Source: an uncultured Bacteroides sp. (lineage in GTDB: Bacteria > Bacteroidota > Bacteroidia > Bacteroidales > JACABE01). From it: 64,000 nucleotides of DNA. The translations under genes were made by a program, and so were the position numbers. Position 1 is the stretch's first letter, and each line of letters starts with the position of its first letter. Below the pieces are notes generated by a model. That model searched no databases. It was not told the DNA's origin and saw only the letters and a program-made list of their open reading frames with translations. This document shows positions 55,259-63,303 of the stretch, in pieces. The stretch lies in assembly GCA_964496885.1 (NCBI GenBank), contig CAZCBG010000004.1, forward strand, positions 16,455-80,454, given 5' to 3'.

Positions 55259-55266
55259 CAAAAGTA
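55259..55266 (-). promoter_or_regulatory. -7 box for the peroxiredoxin gene
   Basis: caaaagta, which is tacttttg on the minus strand. 29 nt upstream of ATG 55230. Confidence 0.5.
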
Positions 55267-55383
55267 CAACAAAAAAAACCTAAACAATAAAAAAAGCATT
55301 AAATATGATGATTTTAACACTCGGGTTGATTTTTAACATTCTTTTTCAATAAATTATGCAAGAAAGTAAAATAAAATTGACAA

Positions 55384-56046
55384 TTAAATATAAATCAGAT
55401 TTAACGTATTAAGAATGGGAATTCCAGCTGTTTCTAATCGATGAATTGCCTGATGCCCCGAAGCTATCAACACACAATCAATCCCCATTTCTCTGGCTAC
55501 TTCTGCATCATGCAATGTATCACCTATCAATAAAGTTTCGGAAGGAGGAATATGGGCTTCTTCTATCAGTTGTAATCCACTTTCAAGTTTTCCGTTTGCA
55601 TAATGATCCTTTAAACCAGCCACTACTGGAAAATAATGATCAATCTTATAATATTTTAAATTTTGCTCCAGCATTGATTGTTCTCTGGCTGACAAAATAC
55701 TTAAATGATTTTTTTTAAAATGGATTTTTTCAATCAGTTGAACAGCACCATATTGTAATTGACATTCGTATTGGCGTTTATCGTATTCAACAATAAATTC
55801 AGTGCCCACAATTTCAAAGGATTCTTTATCAAAATCGAATCCAATATTTTGATAATAATCTTTTACAGGAAAATCAAACACTTCACAGTAGCGTTCAATG
55901 CTCATACCTGGTAGTTTTCGTTTAATGAGCATTTTGTCAATTACATCCACTGCTAACCATAGATCATTCAATAGGGTTCCATTCCAGTCGAAAATAAAAT
56001 GTTTATAGTTGGCTATATCAATTATTGTGTTGTCTTTTTGGTTCAT
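55384..56046 (-). CDS. HAD-superfamily hydrolase (phosphoglycolate phosphatase-like, subfamily IA)
   Basis: 220 aa. Motif I reads FDWNGTL (Asn at the D+2 position). Motif IV is GDTLHD. Confidence 0.7.
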   Translation of the reverse strand: MNQKDNTIIDIANYKHFIFDWNGTLLNDLWLAVDVIDKMLIKRKLPGMSIERYCEVFDFPVKDYYQNIGFDFDKESFEIVGTEFIVEYDKRQYECQLQYGAVQLIEKIHFKKNHLSILSAREQSMLEQNLKYYKIDHYFPVVAGLKDHYANGKLESGLQLIEEAHIPPSETLLIGDTLHDAEVAREMGIDCVLIASGHQAIHRLETAGIPILNTLNLIYI

Positions 56047-56076
56047 TAGGTTTCAATATATTTATATATGTAAGTG

Positions 56077-56084
56077 CAAAATTA
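56077..56084 (-). promoter_or_regulatory. -7 box for the HAD hydrolase gene (divergent from the M50 promoter)
   Basis: caaaatta, which is taattttg on the minus strand. 31 nt upstream of ATG 56046. Confidence 0.5.
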
Positions 56085-56116
56085 GAAGATTTACTCCAGA
56101 CATGCTAAATTAATAT

Positions 56117-56124
56117 TACTTTTG
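56117..56124 (+). promoter_or_regulatory. -7 box for the M50 protease gene
   Basis: tacttttg, 25 nt upstream of ATG 56149. Confidence 0.5.
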
Positions 56125-56148
56125 ATGATTATTAATAAAAGCCCACAG

Positions 56149-56784
56149 ATGTCATCAATCAATCTAGAAAGTATTATTGTAGTATTACCGGCCATATTAA
56201 TTGGTTTAACTTTTCATGAATATATGCATGCTAAAACTGCGCATTTATTGGGTGACGACACAGCTTTTCTGGATGGAAGGGTAACGGTAAATCCATTGAA
56301 ACATATTGACTGGATTGGGTTTATATTTATTTTAGTTGCTCATTTTGGATGGGCTAAACCCGTGATGTTTAATCCAGAAAAATTAATGCATCCCCGTCGC
56401 GACGAAATGTTGATAGCAATAGCCGGCCCCATTGCAAATTTTTTACTGGCGATAGTATTTGCAATTCTTTTAAAACTTTCCAGTTTTATTATTCCTGTTG
56501 AAGGTATCTTCTTTGAAATGCTGCTTGCCGGTATTTATATTAATTTTGGTTTGTTTATATTCAATATGATTCCTTTGCCTCCCCTGGATGGCTCTCATTT
56601 AATTCTTAAAACCATAAAAATCAGCAAGGAATTTGAGCATATTGTTTATAAATATGGTTCTCTGGCTTTATTTGCCATTATCATTATCGATAGCCAAACA
56701 AAATTAAATTTGATACCAATCGGAAAAGCAATGATGTTTCTAACAAGCACTACTTTGAATTTATTAGGGATAAGCATACTATAA
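56149..56784 (+). CDS. Site-2 protease family (M50) membrane metalloprotease
   Basis: Start moved to ATG 56149 because the TActTTTG box at 56117..56124 overlaps the track TTG start. HEYMH zinc motif in the first TM region, ..PLPPLDGSH.. second motif. Confidence 0.8.
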   Translation: MSSINLESIIVVLPAILIGLTFHEYMHAKTAHLLGDDTAFLDGRVTVNPLKHIDWIGFIFILVAHFGWAKPVMFNPEKLMHPRRDEMLIAIAGPIANFLLAIVFAILLKLSSFIIPVEGIFFEMLLAGIYINFGLFIFNMIPLPPLDGSHLILKTIKISKEFEHIVYKYGSLALFAIIIIDSQTKLNLIPIGKAMMFLTSTTLNLLGISIL

Positions 56785-56860
56785 CTTCCAATTATACTTT
56801 ACGAGAGCGCTTCCCTGCTTCAGTTTAGACAACAAATTCTGATAAAAAAGACAAAAACAA

Positions 56861-57976
56861 ATGAATACAAGTATTATTAACTCTTTAAGTGTAATTTTGA
56901 TTTTTGGATCACTTATTTTACTTTCATTTCTAATTATAGCTAATCCATTAAAGGTTAATAAAAAAGCAAACTTTTGGTTTGGGATATTTCTTCTATTATG
57001 GGCTACTTTTTGGTTAGATGAAATTCTACAGCTTGTTTTTGAAAATAATATAAACATACATTTTTCAATATTTATTCATTTTATACAATTTTTTACGCCT
57101 ATAATTTATTTTATAAGTGTAATCTATTTTACAAATCCAAATTTCAGATTTCAATTAAAAGATTTAAAATATCTTTTTTTGCCAATAGTTTTTTTAACTT
57201 TATTGCTTTTACAACTAAAGTACGATAACGAAAATTCAAATTATTTCCGAATTATAATAATGAGTTTGATTCTTTTTCAGATTCTTTTTTACGCAATTAC
57301 ATCCTATTTAAAAATCAGGAAACATCAAAAAAATATCTTAAAAATATTCTCCAATACGATTGAAATTAATCTTAATTGGTTAGAATACATAATTTTACTG
57401 ATATTACTGATGAGTATTTTTATAAGTATTTACAACTTATTTTTTAATTTATTCGCTTTAAATACCTTTATGAATTTAGTTTCCCTGCTATTAATTTATA
57501 TTATTGCATATAATTCATTAAAACAAAAAGAAATATTTCCTTTTGACGTTTTACAAAGAAACCAAATAGTTACTTTAAATGAAGACGAGAAATCATCAGA
57601 ATTGAAAAGAAAAATTATTACTGATAATGAATTAATGGTATTAATAGACAGACTTAACGAGTTAATGATTCATCAAAAACCATATTTAGACTCTGAATTA
57701 AATTTAATAAAATTATCAGAATTAATGAATATTACATCGCATCAACTTTCGTATGTGATTAATTCTGGGTTTAATGAAAATTTCTTTCAGTTTATTAATA
57801 AATATAGGGTTGAAAAAGCAAAAGAATTAATTTCCATGAAAGAAAAAAATTATTTATCAATATTGGGTATTGCTTTCGAATCTGGGTTTAATTCCAAAAC
57901 CTCATTTAATATTGTTTTTAAAAAAATAACGAATCAAACACCATCAGAATTTAAAAAAAGAAGTGCAAATTTATAA
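56861..57976 (+). CDS. AraC-family transcriptional regulator with multi-TM N-terminal domain
   Basis: 371 aa. About 6-7 hydrophobic helices followed by an AraC HTH pair (..LSELMNITSHQLSYVIN.., ..IAFESGFNSKTSFN..FKK). Confidence 0.8.
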   Translation: MNTSIINSLSVILIFGSLILLSFLIIANPLKVNKKANFWFGIFLLLWATFWLDEILQLVFENNINIHFSIFIHFIQFFTPIIYFISVIYFTNPNFRFQLKDLKYLFLPIVFLTLLLLQLKYDNENSNYFRIIIMSLILFQILFYAITSYLKIRKHQKNILKIFSNTIEINLNWLEYIILLILLMSIFISIYNLFFNLFALNTFMNLVSLLLIYIIAYNSLKQKEIFPFDVLQRNQIVTLNEDEKSSELKRKIITDNELMVLIDRLNELMIHQKPYLDSELNLIKLSELMNITSHQLSYVINSGFNENFFQFINKYRVEKAKELISMKEKNYLSILGIAFESGFNSKTSFNIVFKKITNQTPSEFKKRSANL

Positions 57977-58083
57977 TTTAGCACATTCTCTAATCCATAA
58001 ACATATAAATTCCCATACTTTACGTATTTCTTTTTTATAGGTTCTAAGTTATAAATATGAACATTTAAAACTTAGTATAACCC

Positions 58084-58091
58084 TACTTTTG
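58084..58091 (+). promoter_or_regulatory. -7 box for the small OMP gene
   Basis: tacttttg, 33 nt upstream of ATG 58124. Confidence 0.5.
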
Positions 58092-58123
58092 CCCCAATAT
58101 TAATAATTAAAAAAAAGTAAAGA

Positions 58124-58675
58124 ATGAAAAAAACAATTTTTGTAATGCTATCAGTATTGATTGTAAGTGTAAGTTATGCTCAAATATCTTGTGATGCAAG
58201 GTTAGGTGCAAATCTAAGTGGAATGTCAAAAGGCGAGTTGGCGATGAAATTTGGTATAAAAGCAGGGGTGAATGCTAATTACGCACTCTCAAAACTTTTT
58301 ACGCTAAGATCAGGTCTGTTTTTCTCAATGAAAGGAGCAAGTGATGCTGAATCACCATTCGATTATTCTCCAAATAACACGTTTGAATTGAATTATTTTG
58401 AACTTCCTGTGATAGCTTCCTTTCATATTATGGTTGCTGAAAAATTCGGACTTGAATTAAACGCTGGACCATCCATTGGTTATCTTCTCAGCAAAAAACC
58501 TAGTGGATGGGCCGATGTTAACACTATAGATATTGGTGTAAATATGGGGATTGATTTTGTGTTTAATAAGAAAATGATAGTTGGAGTTGAAAGCCAATAT
58601 GGTATTTCTGAATTAGCTAAAGATAGCAAACAACACAATATTAATTACTCATTAATGTTAGGCTATAGATTTTAA
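58124..58675 (+). CDS. Small outer-membrane beta-barrel protein (porin-family)
   Basis: 183 aa. Signal peptide (..SYAQ), alternating beta pattern, terminal ..LGYRF. TActTTTG box 33 nt upstream. Confidence 0.7.
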   Translation: MKKTIFVMLSVLIVSVSYAQISCDARLGANLSGMSKGELAMKFGIKAGVNANYALSKLFTLRSGLFFSMKGASDAESPFDYSPNNTFELNYFELPVIASFHIMVAEKFGLELNAGPSIGYLLSKKPSGWADVNTIDIGVNMGIDFVFNKKMIVGVESQYGISELAKDSKQHNINYSLMLGYRF

Positions 58676-58713
58676 GGATATTTAAAAAGAAAGATAATTT
58701 CTAGCAAACAGTC

Positions 58714-58760
58714 ATAGAACATTGTAGGAATAATTAATTTTCAAAACTACAATGTTCTAT
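58714..58760. terminator. Long perfect hairpin between convergent genes
   Basis: 14-bp perfect inverted repeat atagaacattgtag/ctacaatgttctat with a 19-nt loop. No clear U-tract. Confidence 0.45.
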
Positions 58761-58906
58761 TATGTATACAACGTTTTAAGCCACGAAACGAAGAGTATTT
58801 ACTTATCGTCTGAGTCAAATCGCTAAGAATTTTATTTATTGTTAAATGCTTCAAGTTGCCCATGTCTGTTCGTTGTTATCATTGGTGGTGTTATGCACTG
58901 GGCTAT

Positions 58907-60130
58907 CTATTCCTTAATAAATTTCTTTACAGCAACCACATTTTTCGTTTTCGCTTTCACAAAATACATCCCTTTCGAAAGTTCAGAAATATCAATAGTT
59001 GTAGTTTTGTCGTTTGCATTTATACTTTTTATTATTTGTCTTTCTAAATTCAAAATTTCTATTGTTACTTTTTCAGAAGTTTCAATAGTTAAATTATTGT
59101 TTGTGGGATTTGGAAAAATGTTTATTGCAGATTCTGCCAATTGATTTTCTTTTACAGATACAGTACCACCACCATTGGTGGTTTTAAGAATTGTTCCATT
59201 TGAACCAACGGCATATCCTGTATTTGCGTCGGTGAAAAATATTGAATTTATTCCTACACTTGTTTGTTGTTCCCATGTATTTCCAGCATTGATTGTTTTA
59301 AATATACCTGAACCTGCAACGTATCCTGTATCAACATTAGTAAAAAATATAGAGGATAAACCATAAGTTAACCAGCCAGATTGCAAACCGAAACTATAAC
59401 CATTAGTTGTATTAAAAACACCTTGCATATTATTGCCTCCAACAATATAACCAGTATTTGTGTTAGTAAAATAAACTGAATTAAAACCAACGATTGAACA
59501 CATAAATGGAAAGTTAACACTCCAATTAATCCCACCATCAGTAGTTCTATAAATTATTGCACTTTGTGTTTGAAGCAATTGACAATATGAAGAACCGACT
59601 GCATAACCGTTAATTGAATCAGTAAAATATACTGAATATAAAATAGTTGAAGCACTTAATGAATAGGTTGTCCAATATATACCGGCATTTGTTGTTTTAA
59701 TGATAATACCATTAGATCCAACAGCATAACCATTATTAAAATCTGTGAAACAAACTGAATATAAATAACAAGTTGTTCCGCTTGTTTGTATTATCCAATT
59801 TGTACCCCCATTAACAGTCTTTAAAATTGTCCCCTGTCCTCCTACAGCATATCCTGTATTTTCATCTGTAAAACAAATTGAAAATAAAGAATTAATCGAA
59901 GAATCACTGTATTGCTGGCTCCAGGTTAATCCACCATCATTTGTTTTTAAAATCAATCCGTATGATCCAACAACATAACCTGTATTTGCATCCGTGAAGA
60001 AAACGGAATTTAACTGGCTTGAAGTTCCACTTATAAGTTGGGTCCACTGTGAAAAACTAGATGCAGCAATAAACATTAACGAAATAAGAATATAAAATTT
60101 TTTCATAACATTAATATTATATTTATTCAT
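58907..60130 (-). CDS. T9SS-sorted beta-propeller protein (BNR/Ycf48-like repeats)
   Basis: 407 aa. The start may be the second Met (MKKFY.., 60106). Six or more repeats of T.dGG..W (TNDGGLTW, TVNGGTNW, TTNAGIYW, TTDGGINW, TINAGNTW). C-terminal Por tail (IFPNPTNNNLTIET..GMYFVKA..). Confidence 0.75.
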   Translation of the reverse strand: MNKYNINVMKKFYILISLMFIAASSFSQWTQLISGTSSQLNSVFFTDANTGYVVGSYGLILKTNDGGLTWSQQYSDSSINSLFSICFTDENTGYAVGGQGTILKTVNGGTNWIIQTSGTTCYLYSVCFTDFNNGYAVGSNGIIIKTTNAGIYWTTYSLSASTILYSVYFTDSINGYAVGSSYCQLLQTQSAIIYRTTDGGINWSVNFPFMCSIVGFNSVYFTNTNTGYIVGGNNMQGVFNTTNGYSFGLQSGWLTYGLSSIFFTNVDTGYVAGSGIFKTINAGNTWEQQTSVGINSIFFTDANTGYAVGSNGTILKTTNGGGTVSVKENQLAESAINIFPNPTNNNLTIETSEKVTIEILNLERQIIKSINANDKTTTIDISELSKGMYFVKAKTKNVVAVKKFIKE

Positions 60131-60148
60131 AATCGTAGGGATTTTCAG

Positions 60149-60210
60149 TTTCCTATTTTTATTCTATGTAATTTTTGTCTTGTGCATAACTTGACAATTA
60201 AAATAGGAAA
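60149..60210. repeat. 11-bp perfect inverted repeat with 40-nt spacer
   Basis: tttcctatttt (60149..60159) and aaaataggaaa (60200..60210), between the ThrC-like stop and the T9SS propeller gene start. Confidence 0.5.
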
Positions 60211-60258
60211 ATACTCAAGATAAATATTTTAACCGATAATACACTCAATGCATAATAA

Positions 60259-61500
60259 TTACCCCATCAGTTTACATACTGCTTCCAAATTTGCCGGTAT
60301 TGCTTCTGGAATTTGCACCAAACTAGCCACAGATTTCAAATCCTTTAGACCTGAGCCGGTAAGTAATACCACATTCTTCCTTTCATTTTTAAATTTATTC
60401 ATTTTTTTATACCTCAACATTCCTGCAAATGCAGCAGTAGCAGCTGGCTCTGCAAAGATTCCTGTATTTTTACTTAATATCCCCGATGCATCAATAATTT
60501 CATTATCGCTTACAGCTATCCATTCTCCTTTGTATTTCAACAAATAATCTTTTGCCATGTAAAAATTGCGGGGAATGTCCACCGAAATTGAATCGGCAAT
60601 AGTAGTTGATGGGATACATTTCCAATCATCTGAAAGCATATTTTCAATCAAATTTCTACTTCCTTCCGATTGAACAGCTACAATTACTGGCATTTTATCA
60701 ATAATACCCAGTTGAAATAAATCTTCAAATCCTTTGTAAACACCTGAAATAATAACGCCATCACCCACAGGAACAAAAATTCGATCAGGAATCTGTTCTT
60801 TCATCTGAGCAAACAATTCAAATGCAACTATCTTTTTCCCCTCGATGGTAAAAGGATTGAAGGCCGTATTGCGATTGTACCATCCAAAATGCTTGCTTGC
60901 TTGTATGCTCAGGTCGAAAGCTGCATCATAATTGCCATCAACAGGGATGATAGTTGCGCCATACATCACAATCTGAGTTAGCTTAGCCAATGGAGCCGTT
61001 GAGGGGACAAAAACAATTGCTTTTTGCTGTTGTGAAGCACAGATTCCTGCCAGAGAAGATCCCGCGTTACCGGTAGATGCAGCAACTATCGTATCAATAT
61101 TATTTTCTTTGGCAAAAGCAGAAACCAAAACAGAAGCCCTGTCTTTAAAACTAGCTGTTGGATTTTGAGCATCGTCCTTCAAAAGAAGTGAAAAATCCAA
61201 GATTTCATCATGAAGTATCTCAATGTTGTAAAGAGGAGTTTGCCCTACGCGTAAATTCCCCAGACTTTGCAGTGAATTGATAGGCAATAAATCTATGAAT
61301 CCTTGTTCCAATAGTTTTCTAAATAAATCTCTTTTTCCATACTTTTCAATGATTTGATTATAATGATACAAGGTTTTCAAAACACCTTTGGGGGGATGTT
61401 TATCATCATTCATTGCATCACAAACAGGGCAAAGGTATTGCACTTCTTTATTTTGATAGGATTTCCCGCAATTTGTGCATTGGAAATAGTATTTTTTCAT
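60259..61500 (-). CDS. Threonine-synthase-family PLP enzyme with N-terminal zinc ribbon (threonine synthase or cysteate-synthase-like)
   Basis: 413 aa. CTNCG..x16..CPVCD ribbon. PLP-lysine motif NPTASFKDRAS and glycine loop STGNAGSS. Confidence 0.7.
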   Translation of the reverse strand: MKKYYFQCTNCGKSYQNKEVQYLCPVCDAMNDDKHPPKGVLKTLYHYNQIIEKYGKRDLFRKLLEQGFIDLLPINSLQSLGNLRVGQTPLYNIEILHDEILDFSLLLKDDAQNPTASFKDRASVLVSAFAKENNIDTIVAASTGNAGSSLAGICASQQQKAIVFVPSTAPLAKLTQIVMYGATIIPVDGNYDAAFDLSIQASKHFGWYNRNTAFNPFTIEGKKIVAFELFAQMKEQIPDRIFVPVGDGVIISGVYKGFEDLFQLGIIDKMPVIVAVQSEGSRNLIENMLSDDWKCIPSTTIADSISVDIPRNFYMAKDYLLKYKGEWIAVSDNEIIDASGILSKNTGIFAEPAATAAFAGMLRYKKMNKFKNERKNVVLLTGSGLKDLKSVASLVQIPEAIPANLEAVCKLMG

Positions 61501-61548
61501 AGTTGAATGTTTGAAAAAAAAGTAATTTGAATATTAGTTATAATGTCA

Positions 61549-61634
61549 TTTTGTCATTCCGAGTGATAACGAGGAATCTCAACAAATGAAATCTTCATAT
61601 ATAAAGAGATGCTTCCTTCGTCAGCATGACAAAA
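61549..61634. repeat. Imperfect long palindromic (REP/MITE-like) element
   Basis: Left arm ttttgtcattccgagtgataacgaggaatctc. Right arm gagatgcttccttcgtcagcatgacaaaa. 9-bp perfect termini ttttgtcat/atgacaaaa. Relatively GC-rich island in the AT-rich spacer between the two PLP genes. Confidence 0.7.
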
Positions 61635-61707
61635 AAGTGATTCATCAAACAACAAATGATACTGATAACAAAAATTGTATTTTTACGCTGAAAATAATTA
61701 AATCAAA

Positions 61708-63174
61708 TTATTTCTTCACCATTTCATTAAATTCTATTATCATTTTGTCCCATTTATCTACCTGATGGAATAATTTATTCCAAATCTCTCTATCGTACCA
61801 TAATTGATTAAGGTCTTCAATTTCTTTGGCTTGCTGCTCAACCCATGTAAAGTATTTTAAATTATGAATTGCTTTTCTATCATTGAATGTAAGCTCTTTC
61901 ATATTGTCAGTTTTTTGGCCTAACATACATTTTTCGTAATCTTTAGCTGCTTGCAATGTAGAATACTTGCCATTTTCAGCTTCTAATTCTTCAATACGAG
62001 AGGTATACATTTGAGCAGAATCTGTAGCCAATGTGAAAATTACATCATCGCCAGTCATTTCGAAATGTTTGGCTGTTTTAATAGCTGACAGAATATTGCC
62101 AATGCCTGAAATACCTATTAGTCCTAGATCTTCAATAAATTTAACATCGAAACCATCTGCTTTTAAAAATCCTTTCCCCTCTTTTTCGTTGAACAAACGA
62201 AGCAGACGCATGCAATCTTCATCATCTATTGCTGTCACAACATCGGTGTTTTTTACATTGTGAACCCAAGGAACATGTTTATCACCAATACCTTCGATGC
62301 GATGTCCTCCAAACCCATTCATCAACAAGGTAGGGCATTGTAAAGCTTCGGAAGCCACCACTTTAACATGGGGATGAAGGGTCCGCAAATAATCTCCTGC
62401 TGCAATGCTTCCGGCAGATCCTGTTGCAGAAACATAGCCTGCGAGACGGGTTTTCTTGTCAGCAATCTGCTGATAAGCTTCTTGTATAGCTTTTCCTGTA
62501 ACATTGTAATGCCAAGCAGGATTGCCAAATTCATCAAACTGGTTAAAGATTACACAATCCTTGCGGTTTTTGCGGATATCCCAGCATTTATCATAAATTT
62601 CCTTCACATTTGATTCGCAACCTGGAGTAGCTATTACTTCAGCACCAATTTCTTTGAGCCAGGCAAAACGTTCTTTGCTCATTTCTTCAGGTAAGATGGC
62701 AACTGCAGTAACGCCCATTATTTCGGAATCAAAAGCGCCCCCTCTGCAGTAGTTTCCGGTTGAAGGCCATACTGCTTTGTGATAACTGGGGTCAAATTCA
62801 CCGGTAATGATCCGTGGAGCCAGGCAACCATAAGCTGCGCCAACTTTATGAGCACCGGTCGGGAACCATTTCCCAATTAATACAAAAATTCGAGTATCAA
62901 TGCCACTCAATTTCTTAGGAATTTCGAGATAGTTTACATTTCCATACAAGCCACCTTTTTCTTTTGGTTCATTTTTCCATGAAATCCTGAACAAATTTAA
63001 TGGATTCAACTCCCATAAACCTATGGTTTTCAGCTTTTCTTTGATGCTTTCAGGAATCAAATCAGGATTGTTCATTTGAGCGAAAGTAGGAAGGACAATA
63101 CCTTTTTCTTTGAAACGTTTCACTGCATTGTCGCGGACTGCAGGATTTATCACTTTGTCAATTAGTTGTATCAT
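61708..63174 (-). CDS. Long-form fold-type-II PLP enzyme (TrpB-like lysine motif), function unknown
   Basis: 488 aa. ..FPTGAHKVGAAYG.. resembles the TrpB HTGAHK PLP site. ..SATGSAGSIAAG.. phosphate loop. About 110-aa extensions at both ends relative to the minimal fold. Confidence 0.55.
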   Translation of the reverse strand: MIQLIDKVINPAVRDNAVKRFKEKGIVLPTFAQMNNPDLIPESIKEKLKTIGLWELNPLNLFRISWKNEPKEKGGLYGNVNYLEIPKKLSGIDTRIFVLIGKWFPTGAHKVGAAYGCLAPRIITGEFDPSYHKAVWPSTGNYCRGGAFDSEIMGVTAVAILPEEMSKERFAWLKEIGAEVIATPGCESNVKEIYDKCWDIRKNRKDCVIFNQFDEFGNPAWHYNVTGKAIQEAYQQIADKKTRLAGYVSATGSAGSIAAGDYLRTLHPHVKVVASEALQCPTLLMNGFGGHRIEGIGDKHVPWVHNVKNTDVVTAIDDEDCMRLLRLFNEKEGKGFLKADGFDVKFIEDLGLIGISGIGNILSAIKTAKHFEMTGDDVIFTLATDSAQMYTSRIEELEAENGKYSTLQAAKDYEKCMLGQKTDNMKELTFNDRKAIHNLKYFTWVEQQAKEIEDLNQLWYDREIWNKLFHQVDKWDKMIIEFNEMVKK

Positions 63175-63213
63175 TTTTCAATTGTTAAATTATTGCTTGT
63201 AAATTAAAAGGTT

Positions 63214-63253
63214 ATTAGACTTTAGCCATTAAGGATTTTAGGTAAAGTCTAAT
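63214..63253 (-). terminator. Hairpin between the YgfK-like gene and the TrpB-like PLP gene
   Basis: 11-bp stem (a)ttagacttta/taaagtctaa(t) with an 18-nt loop. Modest T-rich tail on the minus strand. Confidence 0.45.
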
Positions 63254-63303
63254 TATTTACTGTTTAGGTTTATTAATTTATTTTACTTTCTATTATTCAT
63301 TAT

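Noticed and set aside
56779-57057. 92-aa minus-strand ORF spanning the M50/AraC junction.
   Set aside because: It overlaps the ends of two supported plus-strand genes and has no motifs or signals.
58839-59366. Plus-strand ORFs (58839..59144, 58856..59047, 59175..59366) opposite the T9SS propeller gene.
   Set aside because: The minus-strand frame carries repeated T.dGG..W propeller motifs and a T9SS tail. The plus-strand translations are hydrophobic low-complexity shadows.
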